DNA from: Alcaligenaceae bacterium
GTDB taxonomy: Bacteria; Pseudomonadota; Gammaproteobacteria; Burkholderiales; Burkholderiaceae_B
Assembly (NCBI GenBank): GCA_947380655.1
Contig: CANCRX010000035.1
Coordinates: forward strand, 1-31,242
Direction: 5' to 3'
DNA length: 31,242 nt
Every line of letters starts with the position of its first letter. Position 1 is the stretch's first letter. Shown piece by piece: positions 7,064 through 15,800 of this stretch. The notes beneath the pieces were generated by a model. That model searched no databases. It was not told the DNA's origin and saw only the letters and a list, made by a program, of their open reading frames with translations. A program made the position numbers and the translations under genes.

Positions 7064-7081
7064 ACTAAACAAAGGATAATT

Positions 7082-7240
7082 ATGACGACATACACAGCAC
7101 TGGTTATTGTTGACTACCACAGCGGGCAAATAACCACCCAAGTGCAGGTCAATGCTGACAATAGCTATATGGCACAGCTATTGTTAGAAAGCCTGTATGG
7201 GCGAGGCAGAGTCATTAGTTCGCCCATTCCTAGCAAATAG
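7082..7240 (+). CDS. Hypothetical small protein (52 aa)
   Basis: AAGGA lies 6 nt upstream of ATG 7082. The longer track ORF from 7046 would read through the palindrome, so the internal ATG is preferred. Confidence 0.45.
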   Translation: MTTYTALVIVDYHSGQITTQVQVNADNSYMAQLLLESLYGRGRVISSPIPSK

Positions 7241-7283
7241 CAACACTCGCACTCGTCACCCATAAATATAACTAAAGGTGACG

Positions 7284-7466
7284 ATGATGCGAATTAGTGA
7301 AATTTCTACAATCAAACCCAAGACGCCAGAACAGGCACGCATTGACACGCTTGCTAAGGGCGTTGATCGCGCACGAGACGCTTTATCGGTTGAGCGTAAC
7401 AAGCAGAAAATAACGAAGGCTCAGAGACAGATACAAACTGCACATGTTCCGCCCATGCGGCCTTAG
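7284..7466 (+). CDS. Hypothetical small basic protein (about 60 aa)
   Basis: AAAGGTGA box followed by tandem ATGs at 7284 and 7287. The sequence is Lys/Arg-rich. No motif recognised. Confidence 0.45.
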   Translation: MMRISEISTIKPKTPEQARIDTLAKGVDRARDALSVERNKQKITKAQRQIQTAHVPPMRP

Positions 7467-7679
7467 CCGAAAATCCAGTCGCTACTCAAAGTTTATGCCC
7501 ATTGCTGCGCTTGGACGACCTATATAGAGTGCCATCGGCAAGTGGCTGCGAAGTGTGGGAAATATGCGGCAGATTTCAGCAGCGTCGATCAAATTCTGAT
7601 GCGCCCCCCAACTTTTCGTTACACATTTTCGCTAGAGTAATTTCACAAACGCTGCCATAGCCCTTTCGTACATTGCAAA

Positions 7680-8621
7680 TTACTTGCTAATTTTCAATGA
7701 CTTTTCAACTCGATTTTTAAAGTCACTTGACAATACGTTGTATGCGCTAGCCTCAACTTTCTGAAAGGCTTCATTAAAAATCTTTTCGCCATCAACAATT
7801 TGTGAAATTCTGGGCTTGGGTAGCTTTTCAAAGGTGGCTCCGAGAACTTCGCAGCTACCCCCAGCATTACGGGTAGTGTAATAAAACTCTTTAGTCTTAA
7901 AGTTTAAATTGAGAGATGTTGTACGGCATTTATTCGGACTTTCTGGGACCATGGCATCTACAACGTCGGCTCCCCAATTTTTTATATCGTAATACTCAAT
8001 TTGATTCTCCACCACTTGATATGTTTGGGTCCATGATTTTTCATTTGGAAATTCAACGTTAATTTGGCTCATTTCACAGTAGCCTTCTTTTCTATAGCAT
8101 CTTAGTGTTATGTGATTAACAGGCCAAGCTATTGTGTCATCAATGATGATCATTGTTCCCTCAACCATCGCATTATTTTCAGACTTGTTACTAATGTATC
8201 GGTTTGGGAATCCCAGACGCGAAAGCTTTTGCATACTTGATCGCAATTCCAGTTTATGGATTTGTGAAACAGTTAATTCGCCTGTTGGTTTGTCACCCAA
8301 ATCTTTTTGAAATGCACGTAAAGCTAACTGGTAATCACTAACCCCAGAATACATAAGGGAATTCAGTTGTGAAGCAAAAAGCAGATCAGAATCCTTCGCA
8401 AGCCCATTTTGTGCAGCAAAGATATACATCATCGGCACTTCACTCTCCCGCACTTTGTCGGGGATATTCTTAATTTGCTCTGGAAGATAATTTTTATATT
8501 TTTCGACAGCATCCTCTGTCGCGCTTGCTGAAGAAGGATAAAAATAGCTAACAAACAAGCAAACGATGAAACTGATACCTAACGTCAGACAGCGAAAAAA
8601 AAGACCTCGTATTTTTTGCAT
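7680..8621 (-). CDS. Secreted hypothetical protein with a signal peptide and a possible peptidoglycan-binding-like segment (313 aa)
   Basis: The N-terminus has a hydrophobic core and an ASA-T cleavage-like site (SSASATED). The segment AFQKDLGDKPTGELTVSQIHKL resembles the second half of PG_binding_1 repeats. It is the last gene before the att repeat. Confidence 0.7.
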   Translation of the reverse strand: MQKIRGLFFRCLTLGISFIVCLFVSYFYPSSASATEDAVEKYKNYLPEQIKNIPDKVRESEVPMMYIFAAQNGLAKDSDLLFASQLNSLMYSGVSDYQLALRAFQKDLGDKPTGELTVSQIHKLELRSSMQKLSRLGFPNRYISNKSENNAMVEGTMIIIDDTIAWPVNHITLRCYRKEGYCEMSQINVEFPNEKSWTQTYQVVENQIEYYDIKNWGADVVDAMVPESPNKCRTTSLNLNFKTKEFYYTTRNAGGSCEVLGATFEKLPKPRISQIVDGEKIFNEAFQKVEASAYNVLSSDFKNRVEKSLKISK

Positions 8622-8909
8622 GATTTATCCCTGAAGTTTCGTCAACGGCACCAATGAAGCTTGGGGCAGAAATACTGCAGCCCCGCAACACATATGAGCA
8701 GCTTACAGGGTTCGATATTGTTACAAAATGTAAATTTTGGTTTCAGTATGCACAGCATCTCACCCCCGTGCTAAAAACGCTGCGACAATTTGTGCTCACA
8801 GTTTTCACGCCCCACCCTAACATATTGATTTATTGACACATTCTGTACGCGACATTTTGGTTGGGTGATTTAACCGCTTGAAATCTATAGTCTAAAGGCG
8901 GTGAGTACT

Positions 8910-8957
8910 GGATTGAAAATCCTTGTGTCGGTGGTTCGATTCCGCCCCGGGCCACCA
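8910..8957 (+). repeat. Direct repeat DR1: 3-prime 48 nt of tRNA-Phe(GAA) (anticodon loop TTGAAAA, variable loop, T arm, acceptor 3-prime strand, CCA); att-type site, not a functional tRNA
   Basis: GGATTGAAAATCCTTGTGTCGGTGGTTCGATTCCGCCCCGGGCCACCA closely parallels the E. coli tRNA-Phe 3-prime half. The upstream 8882-8909 has no complementary acceptor strand and no D arm. It is 47/48 identical to 30374-30421. Confidence 0.85.
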
Positions 8958-8963
8958 AATACA

Positions 8964-8991
8964 GAAGCCCAACCGTTCTCGGTTGGGCTTC
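8964..8991. terminator. Bidirectional-looking terminator hairpin between DR1 and the end of the nar operon
   Basis: GAAGCCCAACCG-TTCT-CGGTTGGGCTTC, followed by TTCTTTTGT on the plus strand. It lies 120 nt downstream of the ppiC-type gene on the minus strand. Confidence 0.7.
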
Positions 8992-9113
8992 TTCTTTTGT
9001 GCCATCCCCAGTGTTCGCGGGCTCGGCTCTACCCCATTATCGGGGGATGGGCAGTATGGGTCCGCGAATCATAGCCGACCCAGTTCCCCGCCCGTCATGA
9101 CTCGCTGAGTGCC

Positions 9114-9860
9114 TTACTGAACCAGCAGCCCGTTCTCGGCTTCAATATCCACGCCTTCAATCTTGGCGCGACTAACCAGCACCTTCAGATACTGCTGCGT
9201 CACACGATCCATGCTTGCTGCGTGCAAGGCATGAGCGATTTGCTGACGCACATGTTCAAACGGCAATAAGTTCCCTTCAATGCACTGATCGATTCTGACA
9301 ATATGAAAACCAAAGCGCGTTTGAACAAGACGATCCAGCACGCCGGGTTGCATGGTGGAAAAAAGCGCGCGATCAAACTCCGGCACGCTATCGCCGCGGG
9401 ACAACTGCCCTAACCCGCCCCCAAGCGCCGAAGAAGTGCAATTTGAAAACTCTTTGGCGAACTCGGCGAAACGTTCGGGTTGCGCTTGCACCAGCTTCAG
9501 GACTTCGATGGCCTTGTCCCTCAGACGATCGAGATTCACGTCAAGGGTGACCTGAAAGAGGATATGGCTCGCGCTGACCAGCGCCTCGACCTTAAAGCGC
9601 TCGGGGTTGGACTGATAGTGACGCAGACAATCCTCCTCTGTCGCGCTGGGGCAATGCACTTGCTGTTCAAGCAAGGCGGTGGCCGCCGCGTCGGGATGCG
9701 AAATATCAAAACCACAACGCTCGGCTTCATCCAGCACCACTCGCTGGATCACCAGCGCGCGTAACGCTTCGTCCATCGGACGGGCGGCTCGCTCATGATG
9801 ACGGATCTCTTCGTCGATCTGCGCATCGGTGATTTCAACGCTATTAACATGCACACTCAT
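9114..9860 (-). CDS. PpiC/parvulin-type peptidyl-prolyl cis-trans isomerase associated with the nar operon (248 aa)
   Basis: Parvulin signature ...SALGGGLGQLSRGDSVPEFDRALF...TRFGFHIVRI. It lies immediately downstream of narI, as in Pseudomonas-type nar operons. Confidence 0.85.
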   Translation of the reverse strand: MSVHVNSVEITDAQIDEEIRHHERAARPMDEALRALVIQRVVLDEAERCGFDISHPDAAATALLEQQVHCPSATEEDCLRHYQSNPERFKVEALVSASHILFQVTLDVNLDRLRDKAIEVLKLVQAQPERFAEFAKEFSNCTSSALGGGLGQLSRGDSVPEFDRALFSTMQPGVLDRLVQTRFGFHIVRIDQCIEGNLLPFEHVRQQIAHALHAASMDRVTQQYLKVLVSRAKIEGVDIEAENGLLVQ

Positions 9861-9873
9861 GAGATTCTCCTTC

Positions 9874-10557
9874 TTAGCGACGACGCACTAGTTGCCAGGG
9901 GCGGACAAGATAGGTCACTGAACCAAAGCCACTCCAGACATGTACCAAACGTGTGAAGGGGAAAATCAGGAACAGTGTCATACCCATAAACATATGAAAC
10001 TTGAAGAGCAAGGGTGCTTCAAGCATGAAGACTGACGCATCACCCTGAAAGGTCAGCAGGTGCTGGGCCCACATCATCAAGGTCACCATGACAGAGCCAT
10101 CGCTATGCTTGACCGACTGCGTAATGGTGGCAAGTCCCAGCAATAAGGCCCCCAGAATCCACAACAACAGAATCCTGTCGCCAATCGTGGTGACGGCTGA
10201 AATACGCGCGTTGGTAAAACGGCGATAGATCAGCAAAGACAAGCCTGCCAAACAGATAACACCCATGATGCCGCCGGCGACGACCGCGACCATTTGCTTG
10301 ACTTCATGCGAGACACCTAGCGCATGCCACACCCAAAGCGGCGTCAACAAACCAAACATATGACCGAAAAAGAGACCAAGTATCCCGATGTGAAAAAGGA
10401 TATTGCCCAGACGCAACTGACCGCGATAGAGCAACTGTGAAGAATCGCTCTTCCAGGTGTACTGCTCTCTTTCAAACCTCACCAGACTGCCGAGCAAAAA
10501 GATCGACAGCGCGATGTAGGGGTAGATTCCAAAAACGAAATGATTCAGATAACTCAT
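9874..10557 (-). CDS. narI: Respiratory nitrate reductase gamma subunit
   Basis: 227 aa with five predicted TM helices and conserved His residues (FHIGILGLFFGH). Positioned after narJ. Confidence 0.93.
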   Translation of the reverse strand: MSYLNHFVFGIYPYIALSIFLLGSLVRFEREQYTWKSDSSQLLYRGQLRLGNILFHIGILGLFFGHMFGLLTPLWVWHALGVSHEVKQMVAVVAGGIMGVICLAGLSLLIYRRFTNARISAVTTIGDRILLLWILGALLLGLATITQSVKHSDGSVMVTLMMWAQHLLTFQGDASVFMLEAPLLFKFHMFMGMTLFLIFPFTRLVHVWSGFGSVTYLVRPWQLVRRR

Positions 10558-10576
10558 GATGTGCTCCTGATCTGCA

Positions 10577-11245
10577 TCAACTATGCTTCAAAGACTGTCC
10601 TGCGCCACCGGGCATCGCAGGGCGTCGCGGAAAGAAGTGAATGGCCTGCGTGGTGGACGGTTTAAGCAAGGGCTCGACACCATCCTCTCCGGGGCCAAAG
10701 GTTTCCAGGGCCTCGTCCATGTCGCGCACGGGCGGCTCGGCAAAGGGCAAAGGAGTCACTTCGCAGCGGGCGCGGATGGCGTCAAAAATCACGGCATAAG
10801 GACTGCCGTTGAGTTTGAGTTTTTCACCGACCATCGCTAGCACATGAATCGCATCGCCCAGCAGCTGTTTGGCTTTGGCTTCAGGGATCTGCGCCAGAAA
10901 TTCCAAAAACAGGGGCACGTAGTCAGGCAATTCATCCGGCACCATGACAAAGCCGTTATCGCGGTATTCGGTCAGTAAATCCACCATCGCCTGACCACGA
11001 TCGCGACTTTCGCCGTGAATGTGTTCAAACAGATGCAAGCTATGTCTTTGGTTGCGATCAAACGTCGCGACATAGTTTTCCTGTAAACCGATCAGTGAGC
11101 CGCTTTCCAGATATTGCAGAATAGGCTCGACCTCTTTGGCCAGTGAGCCTTCTTGTTGAGCCAGCGCGCGGATCTCAGGCAGCGCCTCGAGCAAAGTTTG
11201 CTCGGGGTAACACAGCAAGGCTGAGAGTAATTTGAATGTATGCAT
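10577..11245 (-). CDS. narJ: Nitrate reductase molybdenum cofactor assembly chaperone (delta)
   Basis: 222 aa, acidic, with an LLCYPE N-terminal motif. Positioned between narH and narI. Confidence 0.9.
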   Translation of the reverse strand: MHTFKLLSALLCYPEQTLLEALPEIRALAQQEGSLAKEVEPILQYLESGSLIGLQENYVATFDRNQRHSLHLFEHIHGESRDRGQAMVDLLTEYRDNGFVMVPDELPDYVPLFLEFLAQIPEAKAKQLLGDAIHVLAMVGEKLKLNGSPYAVIFDAIRARCEVTPLPFAEPPVRDMDEALETFGPGEDGVEPLLKPSTTQAIHFFPRRPAMPGGAGQSLKHS

Positions 11246-11290
11246 CAGTATTCTCCGGCGGCGACTGCATCAGACAGTCGCCGCGTGGGT

Positions 11291-12844
11291 TCAGCTCGTT
11301 TCGGCACGGGCCTTACGGGACTTGGGCATATCGATAAAAATATCGCTCCCTTGTTTTTTCTTACCAAACAACGTTCCTTCCGAAGCACCACCGGAACAAC
11401 CGTTACCGAAAGTAAAGCCGCAGCTTCCCTTGTCGTTAAAGCTGTCTTCGACCAGTTCTTTATGGCTGGTGGGCACCACGAAACGATCTTCATAATTTGC
11501 AATCGCCATGATCTGGTACATGTCTTCAACCTCGGCAGGGGTCAAACCAACTTGTGCTAACACAGCCAGATCTTTTTCATCATGAACGGTTTTCGAACGC
11601 TTGTAGGCGCGCATGGCAAGCATGCGTTCCAGTGCGTGCACCACGGGGGCTTCTTTACCGGCAGTCAGCAAGTTGGCCAAGTAGCGCACGGGAATCCGCA
11701 GGCTCTTCACATCGGGAATGATGCCGTTCATGCCCATATGACCAGCTTCGGCTGCCGATTGAATGGGCGAAAGCGGTGGGATGTACCAGACCATCGGCAA
11801 GGTTCTGTACTCGGGATGCAAGGGGAAGGCAACCTTCCATTCGCACGCCATTTTGTAGACGGGCGACTTGCGGGCGGCTTCGAGCCAGCTTTCAGGAATC
11901 CCTTGCTTGCGCGCTTCAGCGATCACTTCTTCAGAGTTAGGATCCAGAAACACGTCCAGCTGACTTTGGTACAGATCCTGCTCGTTCGCAGTGGATGCCG
12001 CGCCTTCAATCATGTCCGCGTCGTACAGCATGACGCCCAGATAACGGATACGACCAACGCAGGTTTCTGAACATACTGTGGGCTGCCCTGCTTCGATACG
12101 CGGATAGCAGAAGGTGCATTTCTCGGCCTTGCCGCTTTGCCAGTTGTAATAAATCTTTTTGTAAGGGCAACCAGAAATACACATCCGCCAGCCGCGGCAC
12201 TTATCCTGATCAACCAGCACGATGCCATCGTCTTCACGCTTATAGATCGAACCCGAGGGGCAGCTCGCCACACAGGTCGGATTCAGACAGTGCTCGCACA
12301 GTCTGGGCAAATACATCATGAAGGTGCTTTCGAAGGTTGAATACATCTCCTTCTGAATCCCTTCAAACAAGGCGTCTTTGCTGCGAGCGTGAAACTCGCC
12401 ACCCAGATCGTCTTCCCAGTTGGGACCCCACTCGATCTTCTCCATCTTCTTGCCGGTAATCACCGATATCGGACGCGCAGTTGGTGGCGTCTGGCTCAAA
12501 GGCGCATTTTGCAAATGCTCGTAATCGTAAGTGAAGGGCTCGTAGTAATCATCAATCGCGGGCAGGTTCGGATTGGCGAAAATATTCGCCAGAATCCTCA
12601 GCTTGCTACCCTGTCTGGGTTCAAGCTTACCTGCCGCATTGCGCTGCCAGCCACCGAGCCACTTCTTCTGGTTCTCCCATTCTTTGGGATAACCAATCCC
12701 GGGCTTGGTTTCAACGTTATTAAACCAGGCGTACTCGACGCCATCGCGGCTAGTCCAGACGTTTTTGCAGGTAACCGAACAGGTATGGCAACCAATACAC
12801 TTGTCCAGATTCAGCACCATGCCAACTTGTGCGCGAATTTTCAT
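11291..12844 (-). CDS. narH: Respiratory nitrate reductase beta subunit (Fe-S)
   Basis: 517 aa with Cys clusters CIGCHTCSVTC, CEHCLNPTCVASCP and CRGWRMCISGCP. Its start overlaps the narG stop by 4 nt. Confidence 0.97.
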   Translation of the reverse strand: MKIRAQVGMVLNLDKCIGCHTCSVTCKNVWTSRDGVEYAWFNNVETKPGIGYPKEWENQKKWLGGWQRNAAGKLEPRQGSKLRILANIFANPNLPAIDDYYEPFTYDYEHLQNAPLSQTPPTARPISVITGKKMEKIEWGPNWEDDLGGEFHARSKDALFEGIQKEMYSTFESTFMMYLPRLCEHCLNPTCVASCPSGSIYKREDDGIVLVDQDKCRGWRMCISGCPYKKIYYNWQSGKAEKCTFCYPRIEAGQPTVCSETCVGRIRYLGVMLYDADMIEGAASTANEQDLYQSQLDVFLDPNSEEVIAEARKQGIPESWLEAARKSPVYKMACEWKVAFPLHPEYRTLPMVWYIPPLSPIQSAAEAGHMGMNGIIPDVKSLRIPVRYLANLLTAGKEAPVVHALERMLAMRAYKRSKTVHDEKDLAVLAQVGLTPAEVEDMYQIMAIANYEDRFVVPTSHKELVEDSFNDKGSCGFTFGNGCSGGASEGTLFGKKKQGSDIFIDMPKSRKARAETS

Positions 12845-15800
12845 TTTGCGACCTCTTCTTCCAGCTTGCCTTCAAGCCAATCCACTTTGTTCATCTTGCG
12901 CAGAATCACGAACTCATCCCGATTACTACCGACTGTGCCGTAATAATTGAAGCCCCAGGCCTGCTGCGCATAACCGCCGATCATGTGCGTCGGCTTGAGC
13001 ACCGTGCGTGTGACCGAGTTGTGGATACCGCCACGCATTCCGCTCATTTCGGATCCGGGTGTATTGATGATCTTTTCCTGAGCGTGGTACATCAGACAGG
13101 TGCCGTTTGGAATCCGCTGACTGACAACGACACGCGCCGTCAATGTGCCGTTCACGTTAAAGATTTCGACCCAGTCGTTATCCACCAATCCAGCGTGCTT
13201 GGCCTCGGTTTCGGAAATCCAGACGTGCGGCCCACCACGACTTAACGTCAGCATGCGCAAGTTGTCGGAATAGGTTGAGTGAATCCCCCACTTCTGGTGA
13301 GGCGTTAACCAGTTCAGCACAATCTCTTTATTGCCATTGGTCTTGACACCCAGCATCGGCTTGATGGTCTTGGTATCGATCGCAGGCTTGTACACGCACG
13401 AGCCTTCACCAAAGTCGAGCATCCAGCGATGATCCTGATAAAACTGCTGACGCCCGGTGAGCGTGCGCCACGGTATGAGCTCGTGCACGTTGGTATAGCC
13501 GGCGCTGTAGCTGACTTCTTCGCTTTCAAGCCCGGACCAGGTCGGTGCGGAAATAATCTTGCGCGGTTGCGCCTGGACATCGCGAAAGCGAATCTTGTCG
13601 TGCTCCCGCCCAAGGGCCAGATGGGTGTGGTCGCGACCCGTGATTTTTGACAAGGCTTCCCAGGCTTTAACTGAGACGTGTCCGTTTGTCTCAGGCGCGA
13701 AGGTCAGGATCATCTCTGCCGCATCGATGGCCGTATCCAGACGTGGGCGGCCTTTGCTGACACCTTCTTGCGTTACGGTCTTGGAGAGGCCTGCCAGCTC
13801 GTGCACTTCATGCTTGGTATCCCAGTTGATGCCTTTGCCGCCGTTGCCGAGTTTTTCCAGCAAAGGGCCGACCGAGGTGAACTTACGATAGATATCGTTG
13901 TAGTTACGTTCAACCACGGTCATGTTGGGCGCAGTCTTGCCCGGAATCAGGTCGCACTCGCCATGCTTCCAATCTTTGGGTTCAAGCGGTTGCCCCAGTT
14001 CTCCGGGGGTGTCGTGCAACAACGGTGTCAGCACGATATCTTTTCTTGTGCCGAGATAAGGACCGGCGATGTCGCTGAACTTCTTGGCGATCAGCTTATA
14101 AATTTCCCAATCTGTCTTGCTTTCCCACAAAGGCTGCACGGCTTCGCTCAAAGGATGAATGAAGGGGTGCATGTCGGACGTGTTCAGATCATCCTTTTCA
14201 TACCAGGTGGCGGTAGGCAGAACGATATCGCCATACAAGCAAGTCGTGCTCATACGGAAGTCCAGCACCGTGATGAGGTCAAGCTTGCCTTCGGCCGCCT
14301 CTTCGCGGAATTTCACTTCGCTTGGGCGAATCGCGTCGGCCTCATCGCCAAACATCGCGTTCTGAGTGCCCAAGAAGTACTTCAGGAAGTATTCGTGGCC
14401 TTTACCGCTTGACCCCAGAATATTCGAGCGCCAGACAAACATGTTGCGCGGGAAGTTGGCTGGATTGTCCGGATCGTCGCAGCTCATGTTCAGACTACCG
14501 TTCTTGAGCATTTCAGCGGCATAAGCGACAGGATCCTTACCCTGCGCGACTGCAGCGTCCACGACATCCAGTGGGTTGGTCTGAAGCTGAGGCGCCGAAG
14601 GCAACCAGCCCATGCGCTCGGACTTGGCGTTCAAGTCCAGCATGCTCATGTTGGCGTACTTGCTTGTGTCGGCTGTCGGCGCAAGAATCTCGTCAACGTG
14701 CAGCTTTTCATGTCGCCACTGGCTTGTGTGCGCATAGAAGAAGCTGGTGCCATTCATCTGACGGGGAGGACGCGACCAGTCTAGGCCAAAGGCCAGGGGA
14801 GCCCAGCCAAACTGGGGACGCAGTTTTTCTTGTCCGACGTAGTGCGCCCAGCCACCACCACTCTTGCCGACGCAACCACACATCATCAGCAGGTTGATGA
14901 TACCGCGATAGGTCATGTCCATGTGATACCAGTGATTCAGCGCTGCGCCGACGATGATCATCGACTTGCCCTGCGTGTCGTGCGCATTCTGTGCGAATTC
15001 GCGCGCAACCTGAATCACCAGCTTGCGTGGCACGGTTGTATGCTTTTCTTGCCAGGCGGGTGTGTAAGGCACATCATCGTCAAAACTGTTTGCGACATTG
15101 CCGCCACCCAAGCCTCGATCGACACCATAGTTGGCCATCTGTAAGTCATAGACGGTAGTCACAAGCGCGCTTGCGCCGTCCGCCATTGTGACGCGCTTGA
15201 CCGGCACGTTGCGCACCAGCAGCTCTTCGTGCTCGCCACCAAAGTAGGGGAAGCTCACGCCGACCACTTCGTGATCCTGATCGACCATGCTCAGCACGGG
15301 ATCAACTTCTTGACCTGAAGCGGCATCTTTCTTTTCGAGGTTCCAGCGTCCGACTTGTTTACCGTCGTTAACAGCGCCTTCGCCCCAACGCAATCCAATT
15401 GTGCCGTTCGGGACAACCAGATTGCCGGTATTGCGATCGATTAAGAGTGTCTTCCAATCAGGATTATTGGTTTCGCCATGATTGTTCGACAGATGCGAAG
15501 CGCGCAAGAAATGATCCGGCACCAGACCGCCATTGTGCTCACGCAACTTCACCAGCATCGGCATATCAGTGTATTGCTTGGCATAGTCACGGAAATAAGC
15601 CGACTTGCCGCTCAGGTGAAACTCTTTCAGGATCACGTGACCCATGGCCATCGCAAGCGCGGCATCCGTGCCCTGCTTAGGCGCCAACCAGATATCGCCA
15701 AACTTGACCATTTCGCCAAAGTCGCTCGATACAGCAACGGTTTTGGTGCCCTTGTAACGGACTTCGGTATAAAAGTGCGCATCTGGCGTACGTGTCTGCG

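Larger units (their letters stand above)
1..8957. mobile_element. Right-hand portion of an integrative genomic island ending at a tRNA-Phe-derived att repeat; the left end lies outside the window
   Basis: Mostly orphan genes, its own small tyrosine recombinase, and repeated terminator/palindrome modules. Sampled 60-nt lines look lower in GC than the nar block. The right boundary is the 48-nt tRNA-Phe 3-prime-half repeat at 8910-8957, which has no tRNA 5-prime half attached. I infer that the intact tRNA and a large integrase lie to the left of the window. Confidence 0.6.

Noticed and set aside
8882-8957. Possible intact tRNA-Phe gene ending in CCA at 8957
   Set aside because: Only the 3-prime 48 nt look like tRNA-Phe. 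The 28 nt upstream have no strand complementary to the acceptor 3-prime strand CCGGGCC and no D-arm consensus. The anticodon stem has 3 clean pairs. I treated it as an att-type fragment, and the same applies to 30374-30421.
8923-9108. 61-aa plus-strand ORF
   Set aside because: It runs through the tRNA fragment and the terminator hairpin and has no RBS. It is almost certainly spurious.
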